From: Nemertoderma westbladi
Lineage: Eukaryota; Animalia; Xenacoelomorpha
NCBI GenBank assembly: GCA_032718475.1
Contig: JAUCBJ010000743.1
Coordinates: 1-36,612, forward strand
Direction of reading: 5' to 3'
DNA: 36,612 bases
Below are positions 25,836-36,612 of the stretch, one piece after another (the stretch's first letter is position 1; the number at the start of each line of letters is the position of its first letter). Below the pieces are notes generated by a model, which saw only the letters and a program-made list of their open reading frames with translations, made no database searches and had not been told where the DNA came from. A program made the translations under genes and the position numbers.

Positions 25836-26481
25836 GACAAGTTTTATTCGTAAGATATATTTTAAAACATTTATTTATTAATAATGCAATAACTGAATAA
25901 CCAGATAGAGGAAAGACAAACCGAATTGAAACTTTTAATTACTAATAATAATTGTGGTGAGAGGTGATTGGAAATCAAGGATATATGTTATGTTATGGTT
26001 AAGGTAACCAGATTGACAGAGTGCCAAAGCGGGACACCTAAACTGAGCCCAGTTTGGTCTGAAGAAAAGTCAGTTTATCACCCAGTGAAAAACATTTCGT
26101 CCCTTTCATTTTCAAACAACCTAAATGACAAAATTTACTTTTCCTGTAAAACGGCATTTTCGATTCTAATTTTGTTTGAAAGTAATATTCCAGGTACAAT
26201 GATTACTCAAAAAGCCTTAAAAGCCTTAAGACAAATTTGATTATTAAGTTTTAAAAATATAAAACAAGTCTCCCCCTATCATAATAAACAACAATTCTAG
26301 CTTCTGATTCGTTGTTTCCAATTTTATATCAACGTTTCCCGGGCTTACCCTATTTATAATAGTAAAATGTGTTATATAGGTTGTTTTAAAAAAAACATTT
26401 CTTTATAATGCGGTCTATGCAAAACTGGCATATAGGTGGTTTTGAAACGTTAAATATCTCAGTTATACGTGGGAGTATGGG

Positions 26482-27267
26482 CACACACATACACACACAC
26501 ACACACACAGACTTTTGAAAAACGGCCATAGTATAATTATATCAGTTCGCTGATGGCTCGCCATTCGTGTCTCGCCCCACATTGATATTTGGAACAGAAA
26601 ACAATAATTTATTTCACTCTTTCAACAAACCAGAGAGACTCATAGCTGCAGTGAATATTAACATCCCGACGTTACTTTAGTAATAATATTAATGTCATTG
26701 AATAACTGATACCTAAACACACACACACTCCAGTCAGCCAGTTCTATGGAGAGTGAGTGAATGGATAGGGAATTAATGCTATCCTACCAGCAGCAGTCTG
26801 CCTCTAACAAGCCAGGACATTCTCAGCGTTGCTAAGACACGGGAAGGAATTACTCCGTATTGACTGTCATTAGGCAGTTTGAGCCTGCGTGTGAATAAAT
26901 TGATAAAAATGCAATTTTAATTGTAAATCAATAAATAACTATAAAACTTGACATTAATCTCGAGTATAAAGTAAAGACTTTGATAGAATGGGACACGGCG
27001 AATGTACCCATGTTAATTTTATACCAGATGAGATAAATGTTACCCCCCTAAATAATTAATTACCGATAGAAGAATCAAAATAATTCGATTCAACCATACA
27101 ATTTAGCTGAAGATATAAATTTAGATTTTGGCTTCCGACATTTATGGCTTCCGACACACACACTGACACACACACCACACACACACACACACACAGACTT
27201 TTGAAAAACGGCCATAGTATAATTATATCAGTTCGCTGATGGCTCGCCATTCGTGTCTCGCCCCACA
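26482..27267. repeat. Two direct copies of (CA)n plus a ~70-bp element end (26482-26581 and 27153-27267)
   Basis: gacttttgaaaaacggccatag...gctcgccattcgtgtctcgccccac is identical in both; similar in reverse to 6814-6841. Confidence 0.85.
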
Positions 27268-28171
27268 AAATAAATTGAACTATAGTATTGTATTATATTG
27301 CTTCCATAGTTACTGAAATTCAAATTATTGTACTCTTCAACTCCTGATGCAGCCTTACTCAATGTTAAATAATTTAGTGTTCTCGAATATTTATTACGTA
27401 ACTATAGAGCCGCTTATCAACGATGCATGCTGAAATGCGTCCTGGTTACACCCGCTTTTTATTGCTTCGAAATTCCCATGTCCCTGAGAAATAGAGCTAT
27501 AAAATTTACCCTGTTTATCTACTATATAAATACATAATTTAATAGACATAAACATAAAAGAAAGCATTCAAAATAACTGAAATAATAGACATATAATAAG
27601 ATTACTGCAATAAAATGTCTACCATAAGTTATATTCGTGGAATTAAATCGCACCAATATAGGAAAAAAAGAGTGGTAAAATATATATACATACTACACAG
27701 TTATATTATATATTATTTCCCCCCCAAAAATACCTCGCCCCATTTTTGATAGCGATGCATTTGATATAGTGTATAGTGTATATAGTGTATATAGTGTATA
27801 TATAGATACGCGATCAGTCTTGCGATTTCCGGGATCGGAACCGCGATTATCACTCTTGGGATCCCATGTTTCGGGATCGGGATTGCAATTTTTATTAAAT
27901 TCCTCAAAGTTATTAGTATATGTTTTTTCGCGTTTTTTCGCGATCGGGATCCCGTTTAAACTCTAATGTGAAATAAAGTGATATAATTTTGCCAAAAGCC
28001 TGTTTTATACTATCATAGCAATATATACTGAGAACTTTAGGAAAATAAATGATATTCAAAATTGTAATCCCGGTCCCGATCCCGAAAATCCCGAAAAGTC
28101 TGATCCCGTTTAAACACTAGTATATTCGTCCCAAAAAGTAACTATTTTAAGAATAAAAGTTGTTATTACAT

Positions 28172-28277
28172 GTCCGGGTCGGAATTGTCCGGGTCGGTCC
28201 GGGTCGGAATTGTCTTAATCGGAATTCTCCAGATCGGAATTCTCCGGGTCGGAATTGTCCTGGTCCGAATTGTCCCA
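28172..28277. repeat. 15-bp tandem repeat tgtccgggtcggaat
   Basis: About 7 degenerate units visible. Confidence 0.8.
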
Positions 28278-28332
28278 ACTTCTTATTAAATGTTATTTTA
28301 ATTAACGAAATATATTTTTATTCACATTACAG

Positions 28333-28511
28333 GCCATCGAGAGGGTAGTGGCTGGTTTAGAGAAACGGACACGGATTCTGGCTCCGGACGAGAAGCGGAC
28401 AGTGGCCTACCATGAGGCCGGACACGCTGTGGCCGGATGGTTTCTAGAATACGCCTTTCCGTTACTTAAAGTGTCAATCATACCGCGTGGGAGGGGTCTC
28501 GGCTACGCAAG
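28333..28511 (+). CDS. AFG3L2: AFG3L2-like exon 5: peptidase M41 zinc-binding motif
   Basis: TTACAG|GCC; [12 protein letters not shown]...[16 protein letters not shown] (HExxH)...[13 protein letters not shown]; donor AG|GTTAGT, phase 2. Confidence 0.95.
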
Positions 28512-28629
28512 GTTAGTTAACTATAAACACGAAGTTAATATCGTTACCACAGTAACAGCTGGTCACGGTAGAACAATCTCAGCCTTATTTTTGTAAGGAT
28601 TTTATTTCTGTTAAGAATAATGTATTATT

Positions 28630-28870
28630 TGAATTTATTATATGAATTTATTGCATATGAATTTATTGTATATGCATTTATTGTATATGCATTTATTGTA
28701 TATGCATTTATTGTATATGCATTTATTGTATATGAATTTATTGTATATGAATTTATTGTATTTGCATTTATTGTATATGCATTTATTGTATATGCATTTA
28801 TTGTATTAGAATTTATTGTATATATGAATTTATTGTATATGAATTTATTGTATATTAATTTATTGTATTT
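28630..28870. repeat. 15-bp tandem repeat atttattgtatatg(c/a)
   Basis: Directly visible array. Confidence 0.92.
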
Positions 28871-28944
28871 GCATATATTAATTATATATGTTTATTGTTA
28901 ATTTTCGTATATTACTACGGAAACTAGGTAAAATTATAATCGTA

Positions 28945-30505
28945 TAACTTACCCGTGTCACCATAATTCTGCCTTTGTATAGCTGTTTTGACCAGTGATT
29001 TATGTTCTGGAAAGTATTTTGGACTCATTACATGATAAATTTTTGTGGTAGCTAGTGTTTTCAATGGTAGTTAGTGTATTCATAAAAATGGTACAGTAGC
29101 TAGTGTTTATAAAAATATCAACAAATCGTATTATTATTACGAATATCCATAGTAAATTTGGTTTATCTTTATTTATTTATCAGTGAAAAGAGCCTAGTAT
29201 TGAAGAAAATAAAATAACGTTATTTCTGCAACAATTAATTAAATAAGATAATTAAAAAAATACAGTAGTTGCACAGATTCGGTCGTCCTTACCTTATGTT
29301 AGAGGCAATGAGTGCGGAAATGAAAAAAAACAAGGAGACCTCCTTGTAGCAAGTACGAAAAATAGAAAAGAAGGTCTCACGACTCATTTCCAGTATAGAA
29401 CCCACAGAACTATACTCCTTACAGGCAATGAGATAACTGGTACTCATTTAACGACCTTTTAAGTAACAAAGCAAATATGCGCGCGTCCTGGTTTGGTTAG
29501 TCCCTTAGCATTTGTGCCAAAACGAAAGCTATCCTGGCCCGCCTGCAGGAGAACAAACCCACGACCTCTGGAGCGATATTAATTCAAGGAAATGGATTTA
29601 AATGCTACGCAAGGCTTGGAAAAATTGAATAATATGCGTGTTTGTATTAGAACACGATCCTTAAAAATACAAAGTATGCTGCCATGTTGTTCGTTCAATA
29701 TGCTCAAATTAACAATAAACACAATATTGCAATGTACTAGTGTAACTAACCCGTGTCACCATAATTCTGCCTTTGTATAGCTATTTTGGCTAGTGATTTA
29801 TGTTCTGGAACATATTTCCGACTCATTACATGTTTAACTAGTGTTTTCAATGGTAGTTAATCATTCATAAAAATGGTACAGTAGCTAGTGTTTCTAAAAA
29901 TATCAACAAATCGTATTATTATTACGAATATCCATAGTAAATTTGGTTTATTTTATTTATTTATCAGTGAAAAGAGCCTAGTATTGAAGAAAATAAAATA
30001 ACGTTATTTCTGCAACAATTTATTAAATAAGATAATTAAAAAAATACAGTAGTTGCACAGATTCGGTCGTATCGTCCTTACCTTATGTTAGAGGCAATGA
30101 AAAAAAACAAGGAGACCTCCTTGTAACAAGTACGAAAAATAGAAAAGGTCTCACGACTCATTTCCAGTATAGACCCCTCAAAACTATACTCCTTACAGGC
30201 AATGAGATAACTGGTACTCATTTAACGACCATTTAAGAAACAAATCAAATATGCGCGCGCTCTGTTTGGTTAGTCCCTTAGCATTTGTGCCAAAACGAAA
30301 ACTATCCTGGCCCGCCTGCAGGAGAACAAACCCACGACCTCTGGAGCGATATTAATTCAAGGAAATGGATTTAAATGCTACGCAAGGCTTGAAAAAATTG
30401 AATACGCGTCTTTGTATTAGAAAACGATCCTTAAAAATACAAAGTATGCTGTCATGTTGTTCGTTCAATATGCTCAAATTAACAATAAACACAATATTGC
30501 AATGT
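28945..30505. repeat. ~800-bp tandem duplication (28945-29742 and 29743-30505)
   Basis: Both copies start acccgtgtcaccataattctgcc, end caatattgcaatgt and are colinear throughout. Confidence 0.92.
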
Positions 30506-30726
30506 TCTAGAGTTAATATACGGAAATAAAAACCTTCAGCGAATAAAAGTGTAATAATCACTTCTGCCTTATCCTTCAGCAAATTAACCTAATATAATAA
30601 CCTCGGCCTGCGGCCTCGGTAATTATACAGGTTAATTTGCTTCTGGAACGGCATCAGTGATTATTCAGTTTTATTCACTTCAGGTTATTATTTCCGTATA
30701 TTAACTTTAGAACATTGCAATATTGT
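30491..30726. mobile_element. Palindromic MITE
   Basis: acaatattgcaatgttctagagttaatatacggaaataa has an inverted copy at the right end; the centre is cctcggcctgcggcctcgg. Confidence 0.8.
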
Positions 30727-30931
30727 ATGTATATTAACTTTAGAACATTGCAATATTGTATGTATATTAACTTTAGAACATTGCAATATTGTATGTATAT
30801 TAACTTTAGAACATTGCAATATTGTATGTATATTAACTTTAGAACATTGCAATATTGTATGTATATTAACTTTAGAACATTGCAATATTGTATGTATATT
30901 AACTTTAGAACATTGCAATATTGTATGTATA
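30697..30931. repeat. 33-bp tandem repeat, ~7 copies, amplifying the MITE right end
   Basis: Unit gtatattaactttagaacattgcaatattgtat. Confidence 0.95.
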
Positions 30932-31091
30932 TTCTAATGTGTATTCTTATACTGTATTGTAAAATTACTATTTTATTAACTACATTATTTTATAATTTCT
31001 CTGATTTATAATAATCGAGGCTGTGTTTTACTGTTAGTTATTTTACTGTTTACTGTGTTATTTATAATATAATATATTTGATTTTTGTTAG

Positions 31092-31695
31092 ATATTTACC
31101 CCGCGAGAATTACCTTCACACCAAAGAACAGCTGTTGGATCAGATGTGTATGACATTGGGGGGCCGCGTGTCGGAGATGATATTCTTCGGTAAGCTGAGT
31201 TCCGGCGCCATGGACGACCTGCAGAAAGTCACCCAAAACGCCTACGCGCAAGTCGCCCAGCTCGGGATGGACGAGAAACTAGGCCCCATATCGTACCAGA
31301 TGGAGGGCTCGGGAGAGGTGTTCGCCCAGAAACCGTTTAGCGAGGAAACCGGGCGGATTATAGACGAACAAGTCAGGGCGATAATCGATTCCGCGTATAA
31401 ACGCACGATGGCGTTACTCACTAAACACAAGGACGATGTTGAGAAGGTTGCTCTGAAGTTGTTAGAAGCTGAGAAGATCGATAAAAGCGATATGGTTGAG
31501 TTGCTAGGCGCCCGAGCGTGGCCGGAGAAATCGACGTACGAGGAGTTTGTAGAGGGGACGGGTTCAATGGAAGAGGAGACTACACTACCGGAGGGATTGC
31601 AGGACTGGGATAAACCAATCGAGGATGAAACCGAAGCCGAAGACGTGAAGGAAAGCGACGGTGCATCGGTAGAAGACAAAAAGGAAAATAAATAG
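31092..31695 (+). CDS. AFG3L2: AFG3L2-like exon 6: remainder of peptidase M41 and acidic tail
   Basis: GTTAG|A gives GYAR-YLP; [38 protein letters not shown] are typical of AFG3L2 rather than SPG7; TAG stop. Confidence 0.95.
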
Positions 31696-34600
31696 TTTAT
31701 CGAATGTTGCCAATTGATATCGAATATTTTGATAAGAAGTGCAATTATTACTCCATCGTGGACAGCTATACAACTTCCATCTGTCCCATGAATGTATCGG
31801 TATAACTTCTGAGTGGTGAGGTTGCGTTAGAGCAATGTTAATTATCATTTGTTACTCACAGCTGACCTAATAACTAAGAAACAATATCAGTAATAATGTA
31901 ATTTCTCAATTAGTTATAGAATTATTATTATACATTTAAAGTTTATAAATTTTTAGTTCATCTCTAATTTATTGTTTTATCAATTTGGCGGCGTCGATCA
32001 CATTGCCCAGACTTTAAAATTTAGAAAGCAAATGTAATGTATATATATTTTCACAATGCGACTTCTCTAATAAAAAAAAAATACTCTAAAAACGTGAATT
32101 CAACCCAGAGCCGCTTGAAATTATACTTAATATCAAAGGGAGAAGAGGTTTCGTGTTTAATAGATACACTGAAAAAAAAACAAAGAGCCGGCTACTAATT
32201 TAACGGATTGTTACCTAGTTACTGCACGGTGAAACAACGACCCACAGCCAAAGTCAACTGGGGCGTTCAAAGTAATCACAATGGCACTGTACTACTACAA
32301 CTACTACTACTAGGATCGGCATGCTGCATTGCAGCTGCATTTTTAAGAATGCTGTGCCGGCTTGTCGACAAAATTGCGCCGCCACAACTCCCTATCACCC
32401 ATGACACATTCACACAGACACATGGCACATTCACAAGAATGCTACGCCGGGTACATTGTGTCAAGTGCAATGCACACATCTCCAACCAGACACTATATAA
32501 CATTGGAGGCCCAAACTAGAACAAAATCGCCTCCGCTTTGCAGGACATTGCTTTCGCCGTGAGGACTAGCTAGTGCATAATCTTGTACTTTGGCAGCCTC
32601 ATGGAGTGAATAAGCATGGAGGACAGGATAGTCGGAATTTGTAATACCCCCAAACAATACCACTAACTCATTGCAGTAGCCGCACCCCCATACCTACTTT
32701 AGCTTTAAACTACAGTACTGTACAGTGTACATGTAATGACGTACTGTGTACATGTACAGTACAAGGCAGTCAGGGGTGCCCTGTTACTTTTAGGGATAAT
32801 ACTCCCACGTTGTTGGGTTTATTGTTTTGTTTTCCTTAAAGTTACCAAATCATCGACAAATGTGTTTAGTCAAGCTAATGCTAATGTTAAGTCTAAGTAT
32901 AGAACATCGCCGTGACCGTCACAAAAGTCGACAACCCCTCCCCCCTCTGTCACAAAATGTTTCGCAAGCTCGAACCCCCCCCCCCCCCCCCCCCCCCCCC
33001 CAGTGCGTGACATTGACATACTATAAGTAAAATATTTGTAATATTTACGGAGGCCCACTGACAGTGGCCACTGAAATGCAAAATATTGAAAACATATTTC
33101 ACGGAAAATCTATTCGCCGTGAACATTTGGTGTGATATTCCAAGGCAAATGAATTTACCGTGAGATTAACGGCAAATACGCATTTGTCGTCTAAATTCAC
33201 GGCAAATGTACTTACCGCGAGATTCCACGCGAATTCCTATTGGAAAAAATTAATAGTTTGACACAGACCCGATTGTACTAGTCTTACAGCAGTAATTATG
33301 AATGGCCACGCTTTACTAAAATTGAAAATGCCGCTAGAAACCAACCAATATAAATCTGCCTTTAATATCACGACAAATAGATTTTCCACCGAAAGGCATG
33401 GTAAATATTCACGGCGATTCCGTGTATGGAAGAATCTCACTGAAAATAGCCACTAGCCAGGGTATATAATATCGCGAAATGCGAGCGAAGTGAGCGAAAT
33501 TTTGTTGTGGCAAATTAATATTCTCATTTTTCACTTACTTTTACTTTTATTGCACCTTCTACAGTAATAAGACTAAACTTTATGTTAAACTATTATTAGT
33601 GGCCATTGCTAGCCATCATACCCTGTATAATTGAGGGCCCCGCAGTTATTATATAATAAATTTAAGTTCATTACAAAAATTGTATATTCAATAAAGAAAT
33701 ACAGTAACTAAATGCAGTTAATTGAAAAGCTTTAGATGAATAAGCCTACTATTACAACAGAACTAACATGCCCGCTCCCTCGGAAAAAATTTCATAAATA
33801 TATTTTTTATGGCATCCAGAGCAGCATTTAATGGGGATTTCAAATCTGAAAACCGCTTAGAGGGATCTCTTTTAGTTCTGAGTTTCTGTCTGTCAAAATG
33901 TTGGATAGAGAGGCAACCGGTCGATGGACTGGACAGACTAGATTCCACCAAATTATAAAACTGATATCGGAAATGAAATCAGCGACCCCGAAAACCCCCA
34001 TAAAAATCATTTTAGCTCGGTGGTGGTGTGCTTCCTTCATGTCAGACACTATTAACCAACCAGACCCCATACAGGTACATGCAGTTTTGCGCGGGAAGGT
34101 TTGAAATTTGAAGGCAATTATCTCAGAATGACATTTTTTCACACGAAAAATAATACTCCTCCGCCATTTCTTAACCGTTTTTTGCAAATTTGATTTCTAT
34201 TAAAGGTAATTTCATAAGTTTCAATAAATATCGACCAGTATTCTTGATTTCGTAATATTTCCACATTTTTTTAATGAAAATTTTATTTAACAAAATTTCC
34301 GATTATCAGAAAATGGAAAACGACAATACAAAAAGTGGTCGAAAAATTCGATGAAAATGAACTTTTTTGCGAAATTATTTAAATCTCAAGCCAACCGCCA
34401 GGGGGCGCCAAAACATTTTTTTCACATTTTTATTTACTTTAGTTCATTCTCTTTTCGATGGTGTATCGTTTTCTGCGCATTTTTCAACCACATTGGAGAT
34501 ATAAACAATTTTAAAAAATACCAGGGGGGTTACCCCCCCCCCCCCTTCCCGTAAGCTGACCGGCGCTTACCGGCTTTACCTTTTTAGACATCATCAGTTT

Positions 34601-34739
34601 ATGTCAATATTTATCAACCCAAATAATGGAATTGAAATTTTTTTAACAATTAGGCCTATATACATTTGGAACCTAAATATACAGTACCAAATTGAATGGA
34701 ATTATTACCTTCGAAACACTAAGTATCTAACAAAATCGG

Positions 34740-35958
34740 TGTAAAAGCTTTTGCGGACATAACAAGTCATTTTTCCGCAATGCGCACAATACTCTAAAAT
34801 AGCCCTAAATTTATCCAACTACGCGACTGGAAGGAATTGGAGCCGAGATGACGAAATCTGTCAGCTGATTCTTTGTGGACGTGGAATTTCTTTGTTCTGC
34901 CTTATTCAGCCAATAAGAGCGCAATTTTCCCTTTATGTCTATCAGAGGCCTATGGAAACTCGCGCAATGCATTACAGTCTTTGTTTACTATTTTCTGAGC
35001 ATCAGAACCGGCTCGGAATCTTCTGTGCTTCTGTGTAGAAGTTTCAGACTTTGGCCTAAGAAACATCAGAGGCCTTGATTATAAGAACGTAAATCTATTA
35101 ACTTGTCACATCTGAATCACCGCAATTCATTTCTCATTTACTTAACTAACTGCATATTACTAAATCACCGCATTATTTTACTTCTGTTATTAATTGTTGT
35201 TATATTAATGGATATTGCTGCTATATTTGGAGAATACCGATAAATAATCATAAACCCCTCAATCTTCTTGATTACTGAGGTAAGAGGAACAGGTTTACCG
35301 GTAGCAACTGCGACTTACATTATATTGGTTTTTTGTGAATTAAATGCTATTTCATAATCCCTACGTGTGTCAGTTGCGATCCTCCTTATATATGATCAAA
35401 TTCAGTGACGGTCGGCAGAGTAGTGTGAAATAGTGTGAAGTCGTGTGAATTAGTGTGAAGGTTAATAAAGCATCTCCTAAAGAATGCGCTATTTACGAAA
35501 CTCTGTGGCCATCTAGTTGTGATTAGTATAAGTCATAATTCTGTTTTTATACTTAAAGCGCCACGTCCTAAAGGAACTGTTAATATTTCCCCAAAAGTAA
35601 ATATATTTGTCAGAGATTATATAGTAACGATCAATCGAATAATACAGTAGGTCTACACTGCAATAACTCTCAAGGAATCCGAATCCAGTCTCCCACACCG
35701 TGGGTGATAGGTCGCGCACGGACTGGTTTCGGCTGATGTAACTTCAGTACACTAGGTAATTGATATAGGCTAAAATCGATTTATGAACAAGAGGACAACT
35801 AAAATTGGCAGGTTAAACTGCTAAAGGTCTAAAAGCGCGAACATTAATAGATTTGATTCTTTATTGCACCGTAGGCAATAAAGTCGAATGTACCGGTCGG
35901 ACGGTAAACTGTAGGCCTAATTGCCCAACCACCCCAACCGGTACTTACAGGTACCCAG
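34740..35958 (-). mobile_element. Interspersed repeat copy B (inverted relative to 4548-5836)
   Basis: Colinear reverse-complement similarity to copy A from end to end. Confidence 0.85.
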
Positions 35959-36530
35959 TGTTCGCGCTTTCAGACCCTTTAACAGTTTAACCAGCCAATT
36001 TTAGGTGTCCTCTTGTTTATAAATCGACTTTAGCCTATAACAATTATTTAGTGCACATGAAGTAACATTAGCGAAGCCAGTCTATGCGCGATCATTCACC
36101 CACAGTTAAGGGAGACTGGATTCGGATGCTTTGAAGTTATTGCGGTGCAGACCTACTGTATTATTAGATTGATCGTTACTATATAATCTCTGACAATATT
36201 ATTCACTTTCGGGGAAATATTAACAGTTCCTTTAGGACGTGGCGCTTTAAGTATATAAACAGAGTTATGACTTATACTAAACACAACTAGATGGCTACTG
36301 ATTTTCGTAAATAGCGCATTCTTTAGGAGATGCTTTATGTAAAGGCTTTTGCGGATCTAGCTAGTCATTTTCCCCGCAAAGTACTCTGTAGGTGTTTTAG
36401 CGGACATAAAAAGCCGTTTTCTTACTGTGTAGGTGTTTTAGTGGACATAAAAAGCCATTTTTCTGTATGTGTACTTTAGCGGACATAACTAGCGATTTTA
36501 TGCTGCAATACGCCAAAATACTCTAATTCT
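35959..36530. mobile_element. Partial copies C (+, 35959-36338) and D (-, 36338-36530) of the same family
   Basis: C matches 4662-5040 directly; D matches ~5675-5836 in reverse. Confidence 0.85.
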
Positions 36531-36612
36531 AATTCTAATTTAATTTCTTTCCAACAATTACTTCCATTTGAATATTCACAATACACAATCACTTATACTG
36601 TACTTGACTTAT

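Noticed and set aside
29535-29576. tRNA 3'-half-like sequence on the minus strand (also ~30308-30348)
   Set aside because: The T-loop is degenerate and no 5' half is recognisable.

Overview
AT-rich eukaryotic (most likely invertebrate animal) genomic DNA. One intact host gene is present: a six-exon mitochondrial m-AAA protease of the AFG3L2/FtsH family on the + strand (12121-31695; spliced CDS 2430 nt, 809 aa, all introns GT-AG with consistent phases). The rest is mostly transposon debris and repeats: a decayed Bel/Pao Gag at the left edge, further Bel/Pao fragments, a truncated LINE RT, a Merlin-like remnant, MITE/foldback elements and minisatellites. Three signals stand out. (1) A hammerhead ribozyme whose strands are in a non-circularly permuted order and joined by an extra 11-bp helix (intron 4, minus strand, 23715-23786). 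(2) A minimal type I hammerhead sitting between tRNA-like A and B boxes with a T5 terminator, preceded by a 32-nt antisense arm that could silence it in the host pre-mRNA (18221-18403). (3) About 50 tandem copies of the exon 2/intron 2 junction (Walker A codons plus 5' splice site), each copy resembling a 32-nt mini-intron. All calls were made by eye; no searches or folding programs were run.
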